Positions 1 through 11,215 of a stretch of 64,000 nucleotides of DNA are shown piece after piece. Position 1 is the stretch's first letter. Every line of letters begins with the position of its first letter. The translations under genes and the position numbers were made by a program. The stretch covers positions 69,626,001-69,690,000 of the forward strand of contig OX597815.1 in assembly GCA_951406725.2 (NCBI GenBank). The letters run 5' to 3'. The notes beneath the pieces were generated by a model. That model saw only the letters and a list, made by a program, of their open reading frames with translations, had not been told where the DNA came from and did no database searches. This stretch comes from Octopus vulgaris. Lineage: Eukaryota.

Positions 1-52
1 TACTGATAATAACAAAATATATGTATACGGTATGGTAATATGTGTTTGCACT

Positions 53-455
53 TTAGCACGCCGGGCGAAATGCTAAGCGGTATTCGTCTGCCTCTACGTT
101 CTGAGTTCAAATTCCGCCGAGGTCGACTTTGCCTTTCGTCCTTTCGGGGTCGATTAAATAAGTACCAGTTACGCACTGGGATCGATAAATCAAGTACCAG
201 TGACGCACTGGGGTCGATGTAATCGACTTAATCCGTTTGTCTGTACTTGTTTGTTCCCTCCATGTTTAGCCCCTTGTGAGCAATAAAGAAATAGGCATTT
301 CGTCTGTCTTTACGTTCTAGGTTCAAATTCCGTCGAGGTCGACTTTGCCTTTCATCTTTTCGTGGTCGATGAATTAAGTACTAGTTGAGCACTGGGATCG
401 ATGTAATCGATTGGCAATACCCCACCAAAAACAATTTCAGGCCTCGTGCTTAGAG
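53..455 (+). mobile_element. Two tandem copies of SINE family A (tRNA-like head, central gtcgactttgcctttcatcctttcggggtcgataaa domain)
   Basis: B-box gagttcaaattcc. The family recurs at ~15110-15310(-), 15460-15670(-), 17475-17560(-), 25190-25625(+,x2), 33058-33210(+), 38170-38390(+), 48452-48612(-), 59540-59773(+). Confidence 0.85.
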
Positions 456-527
456 AAGAAAAGAACATGTGTTTGCACTACGTATGTGTATACACACACA
501 TATATATGCATACATATACATGTGTGG

Positions 528-690
<163 letters not shown>

Positions 691-1212
691 AATGTATAAG
701 TGTGTGTGTGTATGTGTGTGTAAAAATGCGTGTTTCCCAAATATGTATATGTGTGTATCCATATACATGTATATGCGTGCATATATGTATAAAGTAATAA
801 ATATTTATATACACATACATAGATACATATGGGCATATATGCATACATACATACAAACATGCATATATGCAAACATACATAGATGCAAATATGCAGTAAT
901 GCATACATGTCTGTGTTCGTGTGTACATGTGTGTATGTATATGTGTGTGTGTGTGAATTGTTGGCCAGGATTCCTCAGTAAGATGGCTTCATATGTGAGA
1001 CAGTGAGGAGAGTATCAGTAAAATAAAGAGAGGGAGGGGGAGAAAGAGAACGAGGGGGAAAGAGGGGAAAGAATGAAAGAAAGGGGAGAGCGTAAGGAGC
1101 AATAACTGTCAGTGAAGTATTTAGTTAAAATGTCCATTATATAAGTGCGTGTGTATGTGTGTATTTGTAAACTGTGTGGCCGTCTTAGCGCGTGTGTGCG
1201 TACGCGCGAGCA

Positions 1213-1266
<54 letters not shown>

Positions 1267-1749
1267 TGTGCGTTTGTGGTGTGTGCATGCGTGTGTGTGT
1301 GAGTGTGTGTATCTATGTATTGCCAGTAGCTACAGATCGGATGATTTTGGCTATAGTTAGGGAAGAAATATATACAATTATCAACAAGTGTATTTATATA
1401 CACACGACACATTTGTAGGTGTTCGAACGTGGGTTTACAAGGGAGTGTATATTTCTGTACTGTGTGTGGATGTTGTGGCCGTACATTTTATTAGACGCGC
1501 ACGTATACGGACACACACACGTACACACACACACAAACACACATACACACGCACACACGCACTCAGACGCACACACACACTCAGATGCACACACACACTC
1601 ACATGCACAGACACACACGCACACACACACATACATATACACACACAGACATATATGTGCGTTTATGTGTATATGTGTGTTTCAACAGTTATTGATGTCG
1701 GCAGACGAGGCCAACCGTTAGCAAAACTTCGGTCACTCTCAGTTATATA

Positions 1750-1794
<45 letters not shown>

Positions 1795-2125
1795 CTCTGT
1801 GTGTGTGTGCATGTGTATGCAAGCAAGTATGTGTGTGTGTAAGTGTACGTGTGTACGTACACCCACACCCACACGCATACCTTTTTTTAATACTTATGTT
1901 AGTCACTGGACAGCGGCCATGGTGGGACATCGCCTGTATATATATATATACAACTTATAGTGATGAATTATATGGTTATGGACGTTGTGTCTAGTTTCGG
2001 CATATTTGGCATGAGAAATTTTTTTTCCGTTTGCCCTTGTTTATAAGTTGTTTATAAATTTAACCTTCAAAGGTATTTTTTGATAAATTTTTCCTTTTTT
2101 CGAAACAATTTCATCCTATATTATA

Positions 2126-2387
<262 letters not shown>

Positions 2388-2407
2388 GCTAGCTAGCTAT
2401 GTAGATT

Positions 2408-2439
<32 letters not shown>

Positions 2440-2617
2440 TGAGTGTGTGTTTGAGTATGCGCGCGCGCATCTGTGTGTCTTTGTGCATTCATGTGTGAGT
2501 ATATCTATCCATCTATCTATCTATCTATTAGAGAATGTATGCATAAGGATGTAAAGATTACGGCAAAAAGAAGAGACTTGGATCTAAATAGCCGCTGTAG
2601 TATACACAATCAGGAGC

Positions 2618-2652
<35 letters not shown>

Positions 2653-2663
2653 CACACAAACAC

Positions 2664-2694
<31 letters not shown>

Positions 2695-2800
2695 TGCACA
2701 CACACAAATATATGCGCATAATGTGAGATGCTTAAGGACCTCTTGGTTGTGTAAGTTTGCTTACCAATCACACAGTTCTAGGTTCAGTTCCAGATATACT

Positions 2801-3005
2801 TACAGGGTGCGATGGGTAAATATTCGCCATATTATATTTCTAATTTCGCGAACGCGTATTGTTTTTAATTTTGTCGACTACACAGTATAGTAGGGTCAGT
2901 TGGACACCGTCTGTAAGGAAAACAGCACCCTGACACAATTCAGCCTGCCAGAAATTTGGAAACGACATGCTGTACTACTTGGCATTCGCGCCGGTAGCTC
3001 CAATA
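2801..3005 (+). mobile_element. 5' end fragment of a Tc1/mariner-superfamily transposon
   Basis: Begins ta|cagggtg, a typical TIR start, followed by an HTH-like N-terminus (LPEIWKRHAVLLGIRAG); truncated by (CA)n. Confidence 0.5.
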
Positions 3006-3039
3006 CATACATACACACACACACACACACACGCACGCA

Positions 3040-3074
<35 letters not shown>

Positions 3075-3444
3075 TTACATGTATACACTAGTTAAATCTG
3101 ATTTGTTCATCTCAACCACGCGCTTTTAGGACCATAATAATGTCGCAGTGAATGCAATTTGATCACGAGCAAAAATATACATTTTTAAAAAATTAAGGAT
3201 AAAACCACTTTAATGATTTTATCAAGTGGCCAGCGTTTAATAAAAGCATGCAGCAAACAATTTATACTAATATATACATACATTGCATGGTTGAGATGAA
3301 AAAATTTGATTATATACATTCATTTACGTGGTTGAGGTGAACAAATTAGACTTAACTAGTGTATACATATAAAGGTATGTATCGTGCGGATGTATGTTGT
3401 TCATATGGGTATGTATAAATATTTGCATTTATATACTATGGCAC

Positions 3445-3500
3445 ATTGTACTGATGACAGCAAGGGTTTTAGAACCCTAAGCCAGAAATCGATCTACAGT
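3445..3500 (+). ncRNA. Type-I hammerhead ribozyme motif
   Basis: attgta-CTGATGA-cagc-aggg...ccct-gcca-GAAA-tcga-TC-tacagt: stem I tgta/taca, palindromic stem III, base of stem II mismatched. Confidence 0.7.
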
Positions 3501-4169
3501 TAACCATTTTTAAAAAAATCTTATTCATCTGTCCGCTTACAACCTGTGCTAACGGAGTGTAGATGTGGTTTTTAGAGACATTCGGCGTCTATTTCTAGCG
3601 TGTTTGTGGAGTTTATCCGCACCCTTTAATATAATTATATTATACAATTATATATTAGTATGAATTGTTACCTGTATGGTTTTTATTACACGCTGGCCAC
3701 TTGATAAAATCATTAGCATTTATATATATATATATAATCTTTTATTTGTTTCAGTCATTTGATTGAGGCCATACCGGAGCACCACCTCCAAGGACACTGG
3801 TTGTCAAGCGATGCTGGGGGACAAATACAGACTGACAGACAGACACAATATATGACAGGCTGCTTTCAGTTTCCACTCACGGGGCTTTGGTCGGCCCGAG
3901 GCTATAGTAAAATGCACTTGCCCAAGGTGTCACGCAGTAGGACTGAAGCCGGAACCATGTGGTTGGGAAGTAAACTTCTTATGTATGTATAAGTGCCCAC
4001 ACCAACGCAGAAATGTGTAAATGGAAGAAGGCAGTGAGCGCCTGACAATATACCATATATTTTAGTTATTGATGCCGTTGTCGTAGTACGTAGTTAATGC
4101 TGTTAGACTGCAAGATGCTCCATTTGTTGATGTTGCCGTTGATGGTGTTATTTTTGCTCTTATTGCGAC

Positions 4170-4390
4170 GTTATTTGCAGTGTGAGACTTCTTTTTGCCC
4201 CCTGTGTTATTTTGGGCAGAGTTCTTTCAAGTGGTTGGTGCTACACCATGGCTGGCATCTAGGCCTTCCACTTTCAACTATGATCTTCAGTTAGAATTTA
4301 AGATCGGGTATCATCTCCAGGGTGTTCGCTTTGCCTAGATCAAGAACTCAAACCCAGTTCTTACCTGTCTATATCGTGTACGTCTCAGTA
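4170..4390 (-). pseudogene. Decayed gag-like zinc-knuckle fragment, probably L1/Tx1 ORF1
   Basis: Minus-strand LKIIVESGRPRCQPWCSTNHLKELCP resembles CX2CX4HX4C; in-frame stops nearby. Confidence 0.4.
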
Positions 4391-5677
4391 TATGGCATTG
4401 AGTTTCTGGGTGTATATGTACCAATATGTATATCAGTATATGTAGGTGGACGAATGGGTGATGTGGTAATGAATTAACACCAAATATAAAAAGAACAATT
4501 GTCAGTAGACAGACAGAGAAGTATTGTGGATCAAAGGGCTTAAATTGTGATGGAGATAGCTAGATGCATGTGATATCTGCTTAATCACTAGGCACACAAT
4601 ACCGACTTAAGATATTGCAAGCTGATCTCTGTGCCTTTCTCTGACTTGGGTTTCATATTCTCTCTCTAAATAATTAGAATAACCCCAACACAAAAATCAG
4701 CAATATCTATAACGCGTCCGATATATATTTATGTATATTTGTGTGTGTGTATGTGTGTGTGTGTGTGTGTGTGTGCGCGTGAGTACATGTGCGTGTAATA
4801 AATATTTTTGTTTATTCCTTTACGCCTGGCTCATAGGGCCGATTTCCCGGGTTCCTTGGCGTATAGATTCCCCACCTGGACGGGACGCCGGCCCGTCGCA
4901 AGATGCAGGAGGAAAGAGTGAGAGAAATTTGTGGCGAAAGAGTCAGCAGAAGTTCGCCATTACCTTCTGCCGGAGCCACGTGGAACTTAGGTGTTTCGCT
5001 CATAAATACACACATCGCCCGGTCTAAGATTCGAACACGCGATCCTCGACCGGCCGTGTGCCTCCACATGTAATATATATATATATATATATATATATTA
5101 CTTGTTTCAGTCATTTGACTGCGGCCATGCTGGAACATATATATATATATAATATTATATTAAATTAGAGATAAAACCACTACTAGGCAAATCAAACAGT
5201 GAAAATCATAAGCCAATACATAGAAATAAAATTAATTAAAAATATATATAAACAATATAAAATATAAAATATAAAAATCCAATTAAAATATTTAAATTAA
5301 AGTTAAAATTTTAAAAATTATTTAAATTAATAATTTAAACTTATAAATTATAAATATATATATTTTTTATTATTATTTTATTTAATTATTAATATTTTTT
5401 ATTTTTTTTATTAAAAATTTTTTAAATTTTTATTATAACAATCGGACGTTATATCAAAGCAAATAAGTTAGCATATATATATATATATATATATATATAC
5501 TAACTTATTTGCTTTGATATAACGTCCCATTGTTTTTTTTTATTTTGTTCTATTTTGATCTCATGCATAAGTTTAAAAAAAATTTAAATATGTCTTATTA
5601 TCAGTGTATTCCATTTTGCTTTATTTTATTTTAATTTTTGATTCCTTATCTTTTTTTTATCCTTGTATATTTTATTG

Positions 5678-6012
5678 TGAAGGCGCATGGCTCAGTGGTT
5701 AGCACGTCGAGCTTACGATCGTGAGGTTGTGAGTTTGATTCCCGGACTGGGCTGCGTGTTGTGTTCTTGAGCAAGACACTTTATTTCACGTTGCTTCAGT
5801 TAACTCAGCTGTAGAAATTAGTTGTGACACCACTGGCGCCAAGCTGTATCGGCCTTTGCCTTTCCCTTGGATAACATCAGTGGTGTGGAGACGGGAGGCT
5901 GGTATGCATGCGTGACTGTTGGCCTTCCATAAACAACCTTGCCCGGACTTGTGCCTCGGAGGGTAACTTTCTAGGTGCAATCCCATGGTCATTCATAACC
6001 GAAGGGGGTCTC
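5678..6012 (+). mobile_element. tRNA-derived CORE-type SINE (family C)
   Basis: A-box tggctcagtggttag, B-box gagtttgattccc, CORE-like tgttcttgagcaagacacttt...cagctgta. Relatives at 36748-37020, 37572-37810, 52822-52970. Confidence 0.8.
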
Positions 6013-6375
6013 AATATTTTATTATATACTTTTATGGTTTTATCGTTTATATCAGAAGAAATCTACACTAAGTAAAAATGTGTTGTTATAGAAATAAGCG
6101 AAATGGCAAGTAAAAACCATAGTACTTATTTGGAAAGTCATCTGAAGAGAAACTTCTGCATCTATAATGCATGACAATTGATTGTACAGCATCCCACCTG
6201 TAAGGTACGTAAGGTACAGCATCTCACCTGTAAGGTACGTGCATGATTAGTCGAAACGATTGTAATTGTTTGAATAAAGAGTCTCGTGGATTCCATTTTC
6301 TGGTTCTCATCTTTGTATACATACATACATACATACATACATACATACATACATACATACATACATACATACACA

Positions 6376-6429
<54 letters not shown>

Positions 6430-6501
6430 TATATTTCACTTAGCTGACATGATCCGTACACTTAACACATAAAAATGTTATGGTATATCTTTTTTTCTTT
6501 C

Positions 6502-6585
6502 TATTTCCGACGAGTTTCTACTTTATGATAATTTAATTATTTCAATTACAATCTCTAAAGTCTGAATTGAAACAGCCGTCAAGGA
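6502..6585 (+). ncRNA. Degenerate hammerhead with long stem II
   Basis: ttt-CCGACGA-gtttc..acttta.../...taaagt..gaatt-GAAA-cagccg-TC-aagg. Confidence 0.45.
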
Positions 6586-6720
6586 TTATGTCTATTTTTG
6601 CAATTAATAAGTATAATTATTAATTGATTAATCTCAATTTTCTTATTTTTCTTTTAAGTGTGTGTATGTATGTATGTATGTATGTATGTATGTATGTATG
6701 TATGTATGTATGTATGTATG

Positions 6721-6763
<43 letters not shown>

Positions 6764-6888
6764 TGCGCGATTTATAATCAATATAAATAATTTTTTAAAT
6801 GGCGAAATTAAATGCGCGAAATTGTAATGATCTTTTGGATACTGAGTAATGAGGAATTAGCTACGAGTTTTTTATATATATATATCAA

Positions 6889-6919
<31 letters not shown>

Positions 6920-6931
6920 CTACGAGTTCTT

Positions 6932-6977
<46 letters not shown>

Positions 6978-7220
6978 CACACACACATACATATATATGG
7001 ATTGGTGGATGGATGTATGTTTATCTCTGTGTAAGTTTCTCACTCAACTACTGCTTAGCATCTGGTGTTGGTTTGTTTATGTCCCCGTAATTCAGTGTTT
7101 CGGCAAAAGAGACCACAAAAATAAATAACAAGCTTTAAAAACACCACCATCTGTTCTACTAAACCCATCAAGACGGTGCCCCATCATGCTCCAATGACTG
7201 AAAAAAGTAAATGATAAAAC

Positions 7221-7276
<56 letters not shown>

Positions 7277-7307
7277 CGTGTGTATATATGTGATGTATGT
7301 ATGTATG

Positions 7308-7394
<87 letters not shown>

Positions 7395-7467
7395 AATGTG
7401 GGATAAAAGTTTTTCTAAAAGAATACCTTTAAAGGTTAAAATTGAAATTTATTTCTTTTGCCACATG

Positions 7468-7523
7468 TATCACTGACGAAGGGAGGGCTGTTATAAGCTG
7501 ACCCTGAAATCGGTCCGATATGG
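7468..7523 (+). ncRNA. Minimal type-I hammerhead ribozyme
   Basis: tatca-CTGACGA-aggg...ccct-GAAA-tcgg-TC-cgata: intact core, stem II aggg/ccct, near-palindromic stem III, GUC site. Confidence 0.8.
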
Positions 7524-7966
7524 TAATGATGGAATTTTTTAGAAATTTCTGTCCACCTTTTTTCGAGTAGCGTGCGTATTGTGAAAAAATTATATGGTTA
7601 ATGGACAATATGTCCAATTTTTCGGCATATTTGGCATTTGAATTTTTTTCGTTTGCCCTTATTTATGAATTGTTTATAATTTTAACCTTTAAAGGTATTT
7701 TTTAATATGCTGGCCATTGAATTTTTTTGGAAAAAAATTTTTTCGAAAAAATTTTATCCTACATTAGATATAAATTTAAGCGTTCACTCCCGGACTCTTT
7801 CACTTTGTGAGAGCACTAGTTCAAATCGCACGTGTCTCGAATGGGCTAGAGTATTTCTATTTTGGATGTATTTGGGGTACTTAATTGTGCTCATGACTTA
7901 GTGTTTGCTTCTTCCATGGGTATGAGTAAGTATCTCATTTATTTCTTTTATTTCTTTTGCCACATG

Positions 7967-8022
7967 TATCACTGACGAAGGGAGGACTGTTATAAGCTAA
8001 TCCTTAAATCGGTCCGATATGG
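7967..8022 (+). ncRNA. Second hammerhead copy, core mutated (GAAA to TAAA)
   Basis: tatca-CTGACGA-aggg...tcct-TAAA-tcgg-TC-cgata. Confidence 0.65.
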
Positions 8023-8171
8023 TAATAATGGAATTTTTTAGAAATTTCTATCCACCTGTTTTTCGAGTAGCGTGCGTATTGTGAAAAAATTATATGGTTA
8101 ATGGACAATATGTCCAATTTTTCGGCATATTTGGCATTTGAAATTTTTTCGTTTGCCCTTATTTATGAATT

Positions 8172-8215
<44 letters not shown>

Positions 8216-8217
<2 letters not shown>

Positions 8218-9094
8218 CCCTGACCCTACCTTCCAACCCGGCTTGTTCCCCTGCTCCCGCCCACGTTGCCGCACTTGCCCTTACCTCTCCAACACCACCC
8301 TCCTCACTAGCACCCATCATCGACCCTATCCCATCATCCACTCCTTCACCTGCACCTCCAGCAATATTATCTATTGCGTCTCTTGCTCTCTCTGCCATTC
8401 CTTGTACATCGGACAAACGGGACGCCGCTTGGCTGACCGGTTCGCGGAACACCTTCGTGACATCCACCTTGCGAACGACACACCGGTCTCTCGCCATTTC
8501 CGCTCCACCGGTCACTACTTGCAACACCTATCTGTGTTCGGTTTGTCCTTACACAGAGGCCATCCGGATTCCCGTTTGCGCCGTGAACAGGAATTAATCT
8601 TCTCTCTTCGCTCTTATACGCCATTTGGTCTCAACTCTCCCCCCTCCTCATCTAACCCCCCTCTCCCCCTCCTCACCTACCTTTCCCCCGACCCCTACAT
8701 CTTCAGTCCTTCATCCTTTCACCCCTACTCCCCTTCCCTTCTTCCCTCTTTCTCCCTCCCTCCTTCCCTCTTCCCCTTCCCTCTGCTCCCTCACTCCCCT
8801 TCTCTCTCCCCCTCTCCCTCTTTCCTCCTTCCTCCTCCTCCCCTTCCTTCTCCTCCTCCTCCTCTCTCTCTCCCCCCTCTCCCCCTCCTCTCCTCCCCTC
8901 CCCCTCCTCTCTCCACACTACACCACACGACTTTACACATCACATCATATATGATGTGCCATACTAATACATACACCAACTAATACATACTAATACATAC
9001 TATATACATACTAATACATACTAATACATACTAATACATACACCAACCCTATACATACACACGTCCAGACCTCTCATACGCACTAATACTCTCT

Positions 9095-9131
<37 letters not shown>

Positions 9132-9428
9132 ATGTTGGAGCTGGTCACTCAATCCTATTATCTCCCCTAATTTCGCTCTCGCGTCTCATGTTTGATCTTT
9201 GACTTCTGGCCGAAATCAGATCGCCATGTTGGTTCGTTAATTACTGCACGCATTTTTTTCTCTCCTTCTTTCTGTGTTTTTTTCTCTCTGTGTATCTTTC
9301 TGTTGAAGAGCGTAGGCTCGAAACGTTAAAGACTTGTTTTATTTATATTTCCTGAGCGCCATACTAATACAATTGTTTGTTTGTTTTCCACCTGCCTTCG
9401 TCTTTTGTCTATTTTCATAAAGCTTCCC
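8216..9428 (+). mobile_element. Penelope-like element 3' part: GIY-YIG endonuclease, CT-rich spacer, pLTR with hammerhead motif
   Basis: PCSRPRCRTCP...SFTCTSSNIIYCVSCSLCHSLYIGQTGRRLADRFAEH...RE..LIFSLRSYTPFGLN. 5'-truncated at (TA)n; (TA)n on the 3' side. Confidence 0.88.
9295..9332 (+). ncRNA. Minimal hammerhead variant in the Penelope 3' pLTR
   Basis: tcttt-CTGTTGA-a-gagc-gtag-gctc-GAAA-cg-TT-aaaga: perfect stems I and II, A6-to-U core change. Confidence 0.65.
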
Positions 9429-9474
9429 TATATATATATATATATATGTATGTATATATATATATATTTGTATG

Positions 9475-9505
<31 letters not shown>

Positions 9506-9506
9506 G

Positions 9507-9549
<43 letters not shown>

Positions 9550-9656
9550 GTATGTATATATATATATGTATGTATGTATATGTATATATATATGTATGTA
9601 TATATATATATATGTATGTATATATATATATATATGTATATATATATGTATGTATG

Positions 9657-9730
<74 letters not shown>

Positions 9731-9756
9731 TGTGTGTGTTTCAACTACATGTACTT

Positions 9757-9807
9757 ATCGCGCTACTAATAGTTTCCCGTACATTCGAGGGTTCATCGGG
9801 CGCTAAT
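9757..9807 (-). ncRNA. Hammerhead motif (inverted partner of 10241-10291), U4-to-C change
   Basis: Minus strand: agcgc-CCGATGA-accc...cgg-GAAA-ctattag-TA-gcgc. Confidence 0.6.
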
Positions 9808-10240
9808 CGCACTATACTCCCATATCTTTAATTTAAATAGAGGAGTAGTTTAGAACTGACACAAAGATAAAGCATGTCTAATGGAAGATACCACCTTGAT
9901 GGTATCATTTTGTATAGCTTGTATATCATGTGGCTTTGTATTGTGACAACATTTACGACCTTTTGTGAAATTTTGTTCTTTTGTAAAATGTTTTACCTTT
10001 TTCTTTATATTTATTTTTACAAATTCATTTAAATTTGATATCCTTCATATTTTCACGTTCCATCACGCGACCCCAGGTGTTGCACAATTTTAATAATTTG
10101 TACGTTTGTACTGTTAACTCATTTTGATATTTTATTTTTATTTTTATTTTAATTTATTTTACCCATCAAGGTGGTATCTTCCACTAGACGCTCTTTATCT
10201 TTGTGCCGGTTCTAAACTAAAGTCTTGAGAGCACAGTGCG

Positions 10241-10291
10241 ATTGGTGCCTGATGAACATATGCATGTGCGGGAAACTATTAGTAGCGCGAT
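10241..10291 (+). ncRNA. Hammerhead motif in an inverted pLTR pair
   Basis: ggtgc-CTGATGA-acat...cgg-GAAA-ctattag-TA-gcgc. Confidence 0.65.
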
Positions 10292-10657
10292 AAGAACATG
10301 TAGTTGAAACGTTTAGTAATATAGAACTCTCATTGGATGGTGTACTCTTCGTGTATTGACCTTTATGCAGTTAATTTCTTATATATATATAAATGAAACA
10401 CAAAGGAACAGGAGGCATTAATGGCTATAGAATGCTATAGGGTGCTGTAGGATGCTATAGGATTTTGCAGTCACTCATATTTTAATACATTGCTTTTTAT
10501 AGCGGAAACAGCTGTAAGCTAATGAAGATGATTACGTAACTCATGTTTTCTTGCCATTCATCAACACGTACACATACATACACACACATATGTACATACA
10601 CACACACACATATATATATACATATATACATACATATATATATACATACATGCATTC

Positions 10658-10704
<47 letters not shown>

Positions 10705-10926
10705 TATATATATATATATATTACGGTTAACGGTGATGAATAAAGTTCACTTTGTATCAATTGGTGATTCAGATTACACTCAAATTTCTCCATTATATAC
10801 GACTTTTATTAAGAATCGTATATTGATATTTAATGTGTATTTCATCTAACCTGTTATGTTACGGTATGGCATGTATGTATGTATATGTGTGTGTGTGTGT
10901 CACAAATACACACACACACACACACA

Positions 10927-10979
<53 letters not shown>

Positions 10980-11155
10980 ATGTTTACATTGAAATGTCTT
11001 TAATTAAATTGTCTGTCTGCTTTGATTGAATATTCTACACTTTGAATGCGGAGCGAAATTCTAAAGTATACTGAAAATTAATTTTAGTGCACATACATAT
11101 AGACGCACACATTCACACACATATACATATATCCGTGTATGTGAATTTGTGTATG

Positions 11156-11215
<60 letters not shown>

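Larger units (their letters stand above)
7391..8178 (+). mobile_element. Hammerhead-containing tandem repeat (~499-bp period) with inverted 5' piece; Penelope pLTR or retrozyme-like
   Basis: 7449-7680 is repeated at 7948-8178. 7391-7445 is an inverted partial copy of 7678-7770. Related fragment at 1960-2122. (TA)n flanks. Confidence 0.8.

Noticed and set aside
5678-5750. tRNA gene
   Set aside because: A/B boxes run directly into a SINE body that recurs in the window; it is a SINE head. The same applies at ~35630-35698, 36748 and 37572.
6130-6285. Hammerhead (ctgaaga ... gtcgaaacgattgta)
   Set aside because: The 3' half is suggestive, but no matching stem I/II with a correctly placed core; interrupted by a 31-bp tandem duplication.
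8138-8983. 281-aa ORF as a host proline-rich gene
   Set aside because: Chimera of a pLTR end, (TA)n, a Penelope GIY-YIG fragment and a CT-rich tract.
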